Shown: piece by piece, positions 25,128 to 37,748 of the stretch
Layout of the letters: the number at the start of each line of letters is the position of its first letter
Position numbering within the stretch: the stretch's first letter is position 1
Assembly: GCA_028534125.1 (NCBI GenBank)
Contig: CM052817.1
Coordinates: 5,890,001 to 5,954,000, forward strand
Reading direction: 5' to 3'
Length of the DNA: 64,000 bases
Source of the DNA: Lama glama
Lineage: Eukaryota
The notes under the pieces: generated by a model
What the model saw: the letters and a program-made list of their open reading frames with translations, nothing else
Databases searched by the model: none
Told to the model about the DNA's origin: nothing
Translations under genes and position numbers: made by a program

Positions 25128-25345
25128 AGACCCTCACTTCCAAATTCCCAGAAAATCTAGCCCAGGTGGGATTAAGGGTTCCTTTGATGCCAAACCAGTT
25201 TCATTCGCCTGATGAGCACAGCAAGCTAGAGAAGACCCTGACTTCCAAATTCCCAGAAAATCTAGCGCAGGCAGGATCGAGGGTCCCTCTCCCAAATCAG
25301 TTTCATTTGCCTGATGGGCACAGCAAGCTAAAGGCTGAGACCCTG
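25128..25345. repeat. Diverged ~105-bp tandem duplication (2 copies plus the start of a third)
   Basis: agaccct(c/g)acttccaaattcccagaaaatctagc...cagtttcatt(c/t)gcctgatg(a/g)gcacagcaagcta occurs at 25128 and 25233; agaccctg recurs at 25338. Confidence 0.9.
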
Positions 25346-25478
25346 AGGTTTGCTGCAGAGAAAAGGCATGTGAGGCAGCTAGCAAGACAGGAGAGCAAAC
25401 CTCAGATCTAAGTAGTGGAAGGCAAGGGGCTTGGGATATTGATGGGTGAAGATTTGGAGGTGCAGGGGAAGGTGCTAG

Positions 25479-26184
25479 TGTTGCTGGTGACTAGGTTCTT
25501 GTCCCATTGCAGAAAGAATTCAGAGAACTCAAGGGAAGAGTGGGCAGGCTCAGGTAAGCAGCTGCCCCGAGTTTCTTTGGCAAGTCAGTTAGGGTGTAAA
25601 AATTAATGGGCAGAATATTCATTAGGGAGGGAAGGATTTGGGGCCCTGCTTTTGTGTAGGGTTTCCTGCGTTCGGCCCGTGCCCCTCCTTTTTGACCAAT
25701 TCCTGCCTTTGGCCTGCATCCCCCTTTCTCTGCTCATGTCGAGCTATCTGCCTGCTGTAACACTGGGAGTCAGGGAAAGGTGAGGTAATCACTGCTCTGC
25801 GCACATATCTGAGTTCAAGTTCATGGGACGCGCGTTTAGAAAACGCCAGCTTTAGCATGATCCGAGGATGGAGTTTTTGGCCTCCCAAGTCTGTCTTCAC
25901 TCCAGTCTGGTCAGCACTTCGGTCATCCTTGGCCGTTGCAGACACGGAAATTCTCCATCTCCGTGCACTAAGCACAGGGTCTATCCAAGCCCCAATCCTG
26001 CGGAGCTGGCTTGAGCTCCGAATCCAAATAACTGAGGATCTCTAGGTGCCACAGCTTTCGAGAAATCCATCCTGGCTTCTGACAACACCTGCTCTAGACC
26101 AGTGCACCTGACTCCCTGGGGCATCACTGCTGGCACTTCCAAACCCACTCCCTGCTACTCTGGTCTTCTCGCTAGTCCTCCTCA
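25479..26184 (-). mobile_element. Probable ERV1-type solo LTR
   Basis: Starts TG (tgttgctggtgactaggttcttgtccc...agaattcagag, similar to the start of the 47036 LTR) and ends ...cctcctCA. No clear TSD found. Confidence 0.45.
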
Positions 26185-26504
26185 AATGTGAAGAGGCCAA
26201 GTTCCTGTACCCAAAGCACAGGAAACAGGAAGCAGAGTTTTTAACCTGGAGAACTCTTGCCTTTTCATGTCCATAGGAGAGGGACCTGGGTGAGCTGGAG
26301 AGTTTCTCTGTCCTCAGGTCGGGGAGGAGCGATCTAACCAGTAGATCAGTCTAGGGAACTGGCCAGCCGTAGTCTGACCCTTGGGTTCTGCTTGCATGCT
26401 GAGAATAGGTGTTCTCTGCCCTCTTCAGATGGTCGGGTATTTCCACCTGGATGTTCCCATCCCTAGAGCAAGGGGTGTGCTGTCCAGGTCTGCGCGGGGC
26501 TGGG

Positions 26505-26930
26505 AAGGTAGGCTGGTGTGCTGGGCTGCTGTAACAGGGTACCACAAGCTGAATGACTTAAACAGTTCTCGAGTCTGGGAGGCTGAAGTCTGAGATCAAG
26601 GCAGTGGGACTGAGTTGATTCCTTCTGAAGGGTGTGAGGAAGAATCCGCTCCTGCCCCTCTCCCAGCTTCCGGGGGCTTCCTGGCCATCACTGGCTTGTG
26701 GAAGCATCGCTCTGATCTCTGCTTTCATGTTTGCATGGCGTTTCCCTGAGTGTCTGTACCAATTTCTTCCTGAAGGACATCATTTATACTAGATGAAGGT
26801 GCACTTGATTCCGCTATGACCTCATGCTGACTGACTACAGCTGCAATAGCCATATTTCCAAATCATCTTATCCTAAGGTACTGTGGTTAGGACCTGAATG
26901 TGACTGGGGTCGCCCAGGTCAACCCCTAAC
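26505..26930. mobile_element. MLT1 (MaLR) LTR, MLT1C-like
   Basis: gggctgctgtaaca...gaggctgaagtctgagatcaagg...tccttctgaagggtgtgaggaagaatcc...tctcccagcttc...tatgacctcat...catatttccaaat. Confidence 0.8.
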
Positions 26931-28400
26931 CGCAGGTGAGACTGGGCCTGCCCGTCTGTCATCCTCCTTCCCAAGCCCAGAGCCCTAATCCCTGGCCACT
27001 GAGCCCTCTTGGAGGGAAAGGACACACGATGTTGGAGTTGCAGACGCCCACTGACAGTGAAGGTAGCATTTACTCTATAGGTTTACCACCCATTCTGGAA
27101 TACTCGACTTTGGGGCAAACCCCCAACCAGGGTACCGACTGAGGCCAGGTGCCCTGCCAAGGTGTCCTCAAAGACATGATTGCAAAGGTTACTCCCCAGC
27201 CCACTCCCAGGTCTGACTTCCATTTGAAAACTCTCAAATACAGCTTAGAACGAATAGCAGCCTTTAAAACAGCCACTGGAACATTTGTCATATCCGGGGC
27301 TGCACAGTGTCTTGTGCTGCCTGTGCGGTTGTGGGCTCAGTTCCTCAGCCTGGCGGGCGTGGCTGTGAAGTTCTTCCATGTCCATGTGCAGGTGGAGGGT
27401 GGCAGGGGCCACAGACGGCTCTGCCTCAGTGCCCCCGGCTTGGGTCTGGGCCTGGGGAAGGCCCAGGCTCCTTGTCCCTGGTTGGGGAGGGGAGTGCGAG
27501 TCCCTACCAGTGGCACTGTTGGGACTGAATAGTAAGACCTCTGTATGCAGACAACTTGAACCCTGTTGCGAGGTTGTCAAGTCAATAGATCCAAAGGGAT
27601 TGCAGAAAGTGAGGCTGGAGAGAAGTCAGACTCTGAGGTCAAAGTTAATGGACCAGGTAGCACCACTAATGTACATCTGGGAGGGGTTGGCATCTGGTTT
27701 CAATTTCGAACGAGGCTTGCTGTCTCCTCCAGGCATGTCTGTTCCATTGAAGCCCCATGTATCTTTGGGCTGTGGTTCTTAAGAGGTTGGTGCATTTGTG
27801 TCCCTATAAGATTGCCAAAATTGAAGAATCTGTAGATCTCCATTGTGATGTGCACAGTGGAGATCTACAGATACGTGGGGGAGAGTGTGGGTCCTTGAGA
27901 AACTTAACCCCGTGGGATGGAGACACAGGTCAGGCAGCATGACTGCTGCACACTCAGCATCTGCCTGGCATGTTGTGGATGTTGAAGAGAATGATTCTCA
28001 ATGACTGCACCACTGGAAACCAACAGGAAGAGGTCACTTAACTCCAAAAGGGGTGGAATCAAGGGAAATACAATGTTGTTCCTGATAACATCTAAAACTT
28101 GGGAAGTTGTGAGCACTTTTCATCCCAGGCCGGGCCACTGCATAGGTGGCCATTGGATGATGCCACTTTTCTGTGTCACAATAATTCAGTACTGGTTCAC
28201 AAAAGGAACCAATTCTCTTTATGGCTATTTCAACCCTCCCTTGGGTTCCCCACCCCCACCACTGCACTATGTAGTATCAAAATACTAGAGTATCGTCCTT
28301 GACCATGGGTGGTATTAAGCCAACATATCTGGATGTTTCAGAAAACAAAATGTGGACTATGTCAAGTCATAGAATCATGCTTAGTTGAAAGACACGTGAG
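26930..28400. mobile_element. Possible MaLR/ERVL internal remnant adjoining the MLT1 LTR
   Basis: Abuts the LTR end and resembles MaLR internal sequence; no intact motif seen. Confidence 0.3.
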
Positions 28401-31400
28401 TCCACTGCTATAATGATGTGCATTGAAGTTAGACACACAGAGAATACTCCTGGGCCTGGTGCACACTAGGTTTTCTATCTTTATAAAACTTGAGTGCATT
28501 GTAGGAAAGAAACAGTCCTGCTCAGACACAGTTGTTAGAAATGCATAACTTGGAGAATAGAAGCATCTTGTGTGTCACGGAGCTGGAGGTGTTACAGAAA
28601 TGTGGGCATGAGGTCCCTCACTTTCCTAAGGGGTTGAGGAACACCACCTAGGAGAAGTGACTTCACAAGTTGAAACCTGAAGGATCAGTGAAGCTGGGGG
28701 CGGGGGCTGTGATGATGGGGGCGGGGAATAGATACACTGAGAAGTGCAGGCAGTGGGGTGTTGGGGTGAGGAGAGGAGCCCAGCGATGCCTGATTTCTGG
28801 CTTGGACAACGAGGTGGTAGGTGACTCAGTCACTTAAAAGCAAAGCCACCAAGCAGATGACTTAACTACATGCTTTGCAAGTGAAAACTTAGGTTCCCAG
28901 GGGCCCTGCCGTCCTGCAAAGGAGTAGGACAGCTTGGGAGTGGCCTGCTGTCTTTTGTTGGTAGTGCTTGAAACTAACTTTTCTAAAAAGCACTGCGTGT
29001 AAAACATGTAGTGACATTCCTCAAGAGTTGCGGTTGGACCATAACTTTCATGGAGTCGGGAGTCATGCAGCTGAATCTCCCGTGACTGAAAAATGTAAGT
29101 TCCTCAGGTCAGTGGAGGGGTCCCAGCTATGGGTTGGGGGTGCACCTGTGGGTCCAGCATCATAGCGCTAATAGATTGACTTTCCAGGGTGATAGCATCG
29201 TTGGGTGCACTGCACTGGGCGGTGGTCTCCTAGCAGCTAGAAGAACCGGTTCTTGAGTGTCCTGAGGTGGCCCTGGCACATGGTTCTGAGAATAAATGAG
29301 GACCTTCTGCCTCGCATTGTCCCCACTTGATACAAGTATCGGAGCTTAGAAAGCACAGCTGTCTCTCTAACATCTCAACCTGGACAGAAAGAACTTACCC
29401 CTGACAGAGGATGTGGCATCCCAGAGTTAGTTCCCATAAATCAGTGCTCTGGCTGATTAGGTAGCAAATCAGCCAGCTCCCTCTGCAGCTGGCTTGTTAA
29501 TGATGATGAACTAAGTTATACTGGGTGTGAAGGGAACTGGCTGAGCTAATAGTGCTGGGACAGTACGTGAGGAACTTTAGTGTCACTAACTTAGCTCCAG
29601 ACTTAAGGGGGGACGGGTATTTGGGCTGTAAAAATACTTTCACTCCCATGGCAAATCAGGTGACTAACGTGACCAAACTTACTTAGACATGAGAGCAAGT
29701 AAGACGCTTAATAAAATAGCAATTCTGACTAATCAGCAGCTGCTCAAGTCATTTGTGCACATTAACTCGTTTAGGTAGATTTGGTTTTGTTACTAGGTGT
29801 CTATATTCAATTCCAGGCTAGCTCAGAATCGAGATAGCCAGCCTTGAATCTGGCCCTGCGGACAGGAAGCTAAACTGGAGATGCGTGCTTTATCAGATGG
29901 AGCAAAACAAACGGGTCTCAGCCTCTCGGATGTCCTGTGACACAGGATAGTTCTCTTCCTTCCTTGCCAGCTGTCTATCCAGCTTACAAAACATAGGTAG
30001 TAGAATAGTGTGTTGAGACTTAGAGGAGATAGTAGATACAGATGCTTTGTAAACTGTCAAACTGCTCTCCAGGAAAGGAGCAAAATCAACATTGGGCGTC
30101 TATCAAATTTTTAATACGTTCCAGCCGCTGTGCTGCGTGCCAGGCTATCTCGGCTACGAGTCCGATTCTGCCAGGCCGTGAGGACTCCCGGAGTCTAGTC
30201 GTGGGGACGGGCTCTGCTCTGGCAAGGACTTGATTGTGTGAATGAGACTGAACTACCCCGGGGGAGGCAGGTAGTCAGTGACCAATGGAAGAATGAGTGA
30301 GTTCAGATGGGGGAGAGTTGCTGCCTACCTCTTGTGACCTGTAAAGACTTTTGGGAGGAAATGGCTTTGGAGGGACAGCACCACTTTAGGAGTTAAGGTA
30401 TGCAAATAGGGGTAAACCTCACCAGCCGACTGGTGAGGGCCTGTCGCTGTCTTCCAGGCCCTGGCTTCAGCTCTAGCTTTCCTCCTGTTGGAACTCTGGC
30501 TGCCCTCAGTCCTACAGGTGCCCTGTTCCTCCTGTGGGTTCACCCAGTCAGTGCTGCCCATACTTGGAGTGGAGCATTGGTACCCAAATCCAGCACTTAT
30601 CCCCGTGCCCTTGAGGTTTCTGGAAAGCAGTGCACGTCAGGAACTAGTAACGCAAAGGTGAACCCCTTTCTGTAATGATAAAGCTCAGTGGGGAGGCCTC
30701 GGCCCGGACTCCAGGCTGGTACGGCATCTAACTTCCCACCAGGTGCAGTCGTTTCAATGAGGAAGAATGAGCTTCCTTGTGTGCCTGCAAGGAGCTGCTG
30801 ATGTCCTCTGCTCTGCCTTCATTTCTTGGTGTAGGTGTGGGCTGGCCACTCAGGACCGCCCTGTGCCCGTGGTGGCTGAAGTTAGCATCCAGTATGGCTA
30901 CAAGGGGCCTTCACCCGCATGGGCGAGTGGGCTCCAAACAGCTGGTGTATTGCACGTGGCTTTGGCTGGAGTCCTCAGGCACAAGGCTCTAGCTAGCTGG
31001 GTTTAAAAAGAAAGGGGTTTATCTTATGCATTGAGGCACCCTTGTCTGCACCCTCAGTCTCAGCAGAGCTCAGGATCTGAGCAGTTTGCTTGCTGGGCGC
31101 TAATGAGCCTTGAGGGTACGAGGGGACACTGGGACACGGCACCGGAGCTTGGGGCCTGGAGAGGAGCCCGGCATGGCTGTCTGTACTGAACGAGTCTCTG
31201 ATGCTTTTGGTTGGCCCCCTTTTGTTGGCCGTGCTCAGTGGGAAAACTTGGACTCAGCAAGATGATGTGTCTTGCAGCAGGAGCGTGGCAGAGTGGGCCC
31301 TTTAGAGGTTGACCCTTGTGAAACAGACCCCCGAGCTTAGAAGTCACCCAGAAAAACCTGCTCAGGGACGCACTGTCAGCCAACTTTCTGATCAGGAGCA

Positions 31401-34400
31401 TAGAGGCTCCACACGTAAGTCTTGGCCTCTGTGGCCCAGGACTTCTGACTGTTGTCCCTTGTCCTGAGCGGCTGGCGAACTGATTCAGTTGTCCCAGGAC
31501 CCAGTTGAAATAAACTTGTCAATCTCAGAGTGGCAGCTGTTTGTCCCCTGCATGTGCCAGGCTTCTCCCGACCCTGCCTGTCACATGGGGGCTGCTAAGC
31601 TGGTGATAAGAGCCAACAGACTGCTGGAGCCTGGCTATGGAATTAAAAAAAAGGGGGGGGGCCTTCCTGGATCTTGGTCAGCATTTGCCTGGCTGGGTAT
31701 AGAGTCTTGGTCTTGGCTCACTGATTCCCCCACCAACTTCAATCCTGTTTGGACCAAGTACACTCTATGAATTCATGCAGCAACTCAGATTCCAGTGGTT
31801 CCTTATCTCACAGAAAATGGACTGTCATAAGGTGAAATTCTCTGAAAGTTATCAGTGTGAATAGCCTTGAATGACACTCACCCCAAAACACACCCTAGAG
31901 AACTCATACTGGAAACACCGGGACTGCAGGGAATGGGGAAGGGGTCCCATGGGAGAGACTCTCTGAACACAGGAACTGTGGGAGCATCTGGAACGCTTAG
32001 CCGGGAGCATTCATGTGATTCTCCACCTTGAAGAATGATGCTGTCAGCCTCCCATTTTCCTACATCCCTGGGGGGTGGAAATGCTCACACTGTAGAAAAA
32101 CCCCATCCATGCACTGAGGTAATATGAGTCCTTCCTTTTCGTCCAAGTCCTTGCTGGAGGACAGAGGGAAAGACTCGGGGACACCCTCAGTTTTCCAGTT
32201 AGTGTGGATTTTACTGTGCAGATCTCACTGGGGTTTAATGTTGCTCTCGTTTGTTGTGAATAAGCTGGTCTGATTCAGCATTGAGATTTGTGGCAAGACT
32301 ACAACAAAGATTGTATTAGATTTTAACTCAGAAATATCCATCCGCCACAAATCCTGAAATCTGGGTCCTGGAACCTACTCTCCTGGTTACACAGAAAATG
32401 CTGCGTTTAAGTTAGAAAATCAAGGTGGGCCCTGCGTGAACTGGCTTGAGGGCTTGGTGGCCAGGACTCTGACCTCTGTGGGGACAGCACCCTGTGCTGG
32501 GACCACCTGACCCTGGTTTTGGTGGAGGTTCCAGCTCTGCGTCCCAGCCAGGTCTCTGCTGGCAGTCCATCATGTTCATGCTCCAGTGCTGGGGACTGAA
32601 AACCCTCCGTTCTGGATGGAGATGGCCTGGGAGGGCTGTGGGGACAGACACAAGGTTGGCCTGGAAGGTGGAAGATGCTGATCCAACTTCCCTGTTGAAT
32701 CATGAGAAAACTTTTTAGCTGCCCGTCCGGATCCAGGCCAGTGCTTCGGTGGGGGTCTCCGTGGAGGTAGGGCCCTCCCTGGGGTCGGTGCCCCACTGTG
32801 TTGCGATGCCTGTTTGTGAACTTGCAGGACTTGCTGCTTGTCACCTGATGTCAAAGTTGTAGCTTCTCCTCTGTAAGTCTCTGCCAGACAGGACACCCCA
32901 CGGGGGCAGGGACGAGGCACTGGGAAGAGTGGTGTTTCTGGCACTTAGGCAAGAAGGGTCCTTGGAGCTTCAGATACAAGAATGTTCCATGGCTCCTAGG
33001 GGTGTTGAGTGTTTGGATGTTTCCTCAGAGGACAACCAGGTCACATGTGCTGGACCCCGTGTGCTCTAAGTATCAAGGTGACAAAAGTCAATGATCAGGG
33101 ACATCTTGAAGGGGGAGCCATGTTCCAGTGACCAAACTGACATTTCACCCTTAAGGGTGGGTGAAATGTGCTCAACTTAGGGCACTTGAAAGTTGGATTT
33201 GAGTCACCGTGAGTGGACTGAGGCTGCTGGTTTCTGGGTGAGCGCCTGGTGTCCGGCTTGGACACTGCTGGATTCTTGACTCTCCCTGACCCCCTCCTCC
33301 TCCTGTTCTCCTGGGTGTGTAGACCTTGTCCTTCATGGAGCTGCTGGGAAAGGGATGAGGGTGGGGAGGAGGGGCTCATGGATCTGGTCCTCAGAATGGA
33401 CCCAAATGGCTCAAATTGCGAGTGGATAGTTGAGTATCTGCTTACCTGGGCTCAACAGGCATCTCTGTCCTTTGCAGAACTGCCTCCATGAGCTGATCTC
33501 AGATTTAGGACACAGAATGTCATCTGTTCTGTGACATCTGTATTTTACTAGTTTTATTGATGAGTTTTATTGATGATTAGTTTCATTGACTTTTTTCTCT
33601 GAGGGCACTTCTGTCAGCTCGTGACTAGTCTTCTTGCCAGGCTGTTTTAATTGTTCACTCTCCTCCACTCCCCGCCGACCCTCACTAAGCCTCTATCAAT
33701 GTGACGTACAAGCCTCGTCCGTGGAAATGATGCCTAGTCCCTGTCGGGTTCTCCACTGGCTCCAGGACTAGTGAGTGTGGGGGAAGGCAGTGGTCCCTGG
33801 CAGTGTCCTCATTCACATGCCAGACCTTAGCCCGTTGGTGGCACTAGCCCTGGTGCAGGCATCCCTGGGCTGTGGGGCTGGTCTCCTACCTGAGTGGCTC
33901 CAGGATGTGGCCTGGGGAGTTGGGGAGGCGCACTTGCCGGAGTGTGGTTTTCACAGGCTCAGGTCTCCCATCGATTCTGTTCCTGTTCCTGCCGTCAGGG
34001 TTACACTGGGCCTCCCATGCCGGCCCCCACCCTCAACGAGCTCACCCAGCATGACTCAGGAAGGAAATGACTCTCTCCAGCTCGCTCCCCTCCCACCAAA
34101 TGTTGGTGGAGTCTATCCTGGGCTTTTCAAGCAAGGCTGAGCCTTCGCTGACTGCATGAGGAGGTGGGGGACGGCCTCACTAGTCCCTGTTGGACAGGAC
34201 TTGCCTGCTGACCTCCGGGGGGCTGTCTTGTGACCCCTGTATGAGAGACGCCTGCCTCTTATCTAAAGGGGCATGTTTCTCAAGGGTCCTTTTCCCTCGG
34301 CCTCCCCATGTCCTGGCACTTCCATGGAGAACGTTGCCCCCGTAGTCAGCGGAGGCGGACGGAAGAAGGCTGTCCGCACCATTGAGCAGGCGGGGAAGCG

Positions 34401-35643
34401 TCTCCCCGCCCGGACTCAGGCCTGATGCCCAGCTCTTATGGCACCAGCTTCCTCTGCCGGAAGCAGGCGGCAGGCAAACGCTGGGACGCCCGGGGAGTCG
34501 GGAGGAGAAGTCTCTGATCCTCCCCCGGATGGCGAGGGGCCCAGGGTATTTAAGGGATGAGGAGGCTGGGTGATCTGAGGTGAGGGGAGCGCGGGGAAAG
34601 GTGACTGACTTGGGAAAAAGGCTGGGTCATCATTGTCCTTTGCAGGCACGACTAAGCTGCAGGCTCCTTCACGGGATGAGTGTTCAGAAAATGGAAGGCT
34701 CTTGAGGGAGTTTTTGGCCCTTTGGCATCAAAAGGTCACCTGTCAGACACTCAGAGCCCAGGGGGAGGGTCGATGGTCCTGACCATTCTTGACCAGCTGG
34801 ACGCCAGCCGACCCCAAGTTCCTGGCAAACAACTCGCGTGCAAGCGTCTTGAGACCCCGCGTCAGTGTCTGGGGCGGTGAGGGGGTCCTACAGCTTCCTA
34901 CCTGAAGCTGGGACGACATGCCAGTTTGGTAAAGTGAGCCCCTCAGTGGAGGCAGCTTAGTTTAAGCAGAAAGGAACGGAGAGCACAGGAAAGGGGGGAC
35001 TGGAACTCAACTGGTGCTTGCTCTCTTCCCTCGTAAACCCACCGAGGCTGACCCAGGAGAGCAACGTTTCCTTTAGCCCCTTCTCGCTGCTGAACGCTGG
35101 CACCTCCTCTGAGCTTGGGGCGGGGCCGAGCTGGGCAGGGCCATCCTTGCTCTCCTGTCCTGGCTTAGACGCCCCCGGGCCCCTCGTGCTGTCTAGGGCA
35201 CCCCTGCCCTCAGATCGCCAGGGGCCTCTAGGGTCTGGGGGTGCGGAAGGGCCTTCCGATGGGACTCGTTCCTGACCGAGTCCCAGCACCCCCGACCGCA
35301 TGGGACATGTGGGTGGGAGCTGGGCACCGGGGCTGCCTCCTCAGGGCTCCGATCCCCTCCGCTGTCTCGTGTCCGAGTGTTTCTTGTAGATGACATTGCC
35401 ACCTTATTTGAGGTAGGAGGAAGGTCTGGGTCACTGGGACCAGTGGGAGGTGCTCTCTGCTGGGGTTCAGGCCTCATGCCGGGGGCGATGCCTTTTGTAC
35501 CGATCTCACTGAGCTCTTTGTGACAAAGAACTTTCTGGATGTCTTAGCCCAGGGAGCTGTCCTCACGGACTCTTGGGTTGAAGTCTCCACGAGGGGATGT
35601 GTGGCTTCGGGGCCCAGAAGAGAGCAGCAGAGCTGGGGAAACG

Positions 35644-36540
35644 GCTTGCTGGGCTGCTGGGGAGCACACCCGGCGCCCCTGCCCTTCTCACTCGGCCTCC
35701 CCTGCCGTGGAACTTGCTTTGGATTTACTGTGGACTTTGAGGCTTGAATACGTGACCAGGTATAGCCTATGGGTTTATCTTGCTTGAACTTCTGAGCTTC
35801 CTGTATCTGTGGTTTGCCGTAGACCATTAACTTGGGAAAACTCTTGGCTCTCCTTCAGGTATTTCTTTAGGTGGCCCAGGAAGGGCCCAAGGCCCAAGGC
35901 GGTGTGTTGCCCGCTGTGAGGTCAGTTAGACTTCGATAAAATGGTTTGCAGGCCTTGCTGACCTGAGCTCTTGGCACATTTCAAGTAGCTGCTCTCCCTC
36001 TGCCTGCTGGAAGCACCAGGAGGACTTGCTGATCCTCGCAGGGAGACCTGGGGTGGGGGGACTCCCACAAGTCAAAGTGGTGAAATTGTGGGGAGCTCCC
36101 CTGAGACAAGGTCTCCATTGGAGTTTACACCTTCTACCAGTCCCCAGAGCTGAAATGAATTTGTCAGTTTAAAATGTGCCAGCAGGTCCTGGGCTTGGCT
36201 CAGGCTTATAGTGGGCTTCTGTTCCTTTAATCAGACTCTGTGTCCTCTCGTCTGGCTTTCCGGTGGTCGGGGCGGCAGTTTGGCCTGTGACCTCCTCTTT
36301 GAACACGTTGAAATTCACTTCTTATATCCAATGTTTTTCCTACCGTGGGAGAGAAGGCATTCCAAGCTCTTTACGTATTATATCCTAACTCCTACCTGGA
36401 GGAAATTTCTTACCCCTCCTACATTCTTACTGTTCCCACAAGCCTCAAAGTCCAAAGTAAATCTGAAATCGTAGGCTGGGTAGCCAAAACAGACAATCTA
36501 CTTCTCAGTTCTGGAGGCTGGGAAGTCCCAGAGCCAGGTT
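35644..36540. repeat. Copy A of an old ~0.9-kb local duplication (antisense L1 ORF1/5' remnant plus start of MLT1)
   Basis: Colinear similarity to 37749-39232. Minus-strand PQIQEAQ resembles L1 ORF1; gttctggaggctgggaagtccca is MLT1-like. Confidence 0.85.
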
Positions 36541-37748
36541 CTGGGGTTTGTGGTGGGTGAATGTAGTTGGAAATTTGATAAACTGGTGCTGAGCTGGCTG
36601 AGTTCTGCGCTGTGACGGGGATTGCTGTGTCTCCCCTTAAACAGAACAAAGGATGTGTCGTCAGTGAATGTCGTAGAACCGCACTGACTTGATGGCAACT
36701 GCTGAAAATGAGGAAGAAGACTGGAGTGGGCTCTCCAGCCGTTCATTTTCTCATGTGCGTGTGTTTGGGAACCTTACTGGGGGCAAAATGTCCAACATTC
36801 AGACCCTTGGAAAAAGGCAGCAGCAGCGTCCTCTGCTGGGCACTCAGTACCCCCCGACCCCTCTGCCCTGACACAGGGCTCAGATGCTCTGAACACGCCA
36901 AGAAGAGCATCCTCACCTGCTGCCTACAGAGTCCGTTGGCGGTGCCCTGGGGCCGGGGACAGGCTGCAGTCCAAGGGGCTTCCTGGACTGTCTAGAAAAG
37001 AGACTGGGGGTAAATTCAGGGTCTTCAGTGCCTGATGGCCTGGAGCACTGCAGCCCTGACTCATGGGGACTTTGGACAGATGCTTGGGCTGGGGCTGCTG
37101 GGGGTATTGTGGCAGGTGGCTTTGGGGGTCATCACCCCAGTGAATATGGAATTCCTCCTACAGTGTCTTTGGGAGTGAGAGGCACCTTGGAACTTGAGGT
37201 CAGAGCCAGGGCCAAAGGACTTCCTAAACCAGAGAATCTGTCTTTAAATCCAGCAACATGGCCCTATGCGTGCAGATATTGGGGCCCTCCCAATGGCCAC
37301 TCCTTGTTTCCAGGCTGGGATTGACCTCATCCCACAAGATGTGAGAAGCAGCTCCCTGTGATGGAAGCCCTTGTTGGTCAGATTTAGGTTGGGGAGAGGG
37401 GTGGGTTCTGTCTTTTCCTAATGGCCACAAAAGGCTACAAGCAAATACATACCAGGAGGTAGAACACCTGCCTTGGGAGAGGGAACCTGGTGACAGGTGC
37501 CAAGGCCATAACCTGGAAGTCTGATAAAGTCACTTCCTAGTTGCCATTTGCATGGTTCCTAATGATTCATCTTAGATAAAATTGTGGAAGACAAAAATTA
37601 CTTCTGCCAGATTTGTGTCCTAAGCAAACCCGGAGGAGACGGTACTGAGGTGGTCGGCTGGCGCAGTGGTGGCAGAGAGGCCAGCCCACAGTGGAGTGCA
37701 GTCAGGATCCAGGCCAGTGCTTCTGCCGAGTCCCCGTGAGGAGGCCCT

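Noticed and set aside
31061-31260. Possible third copy of the 35.6/37.7 kb duplicated unit (cagcagagct...gcttgctggg...gggaaaacttgg)
   Set aside because: Only short matches; cannot be separated from chance by eye.
33550-33590. 13-bp unit agttttattgatg repeated 2-3 times
   Set aside because: Ordinary slippage repeat with no further structure.
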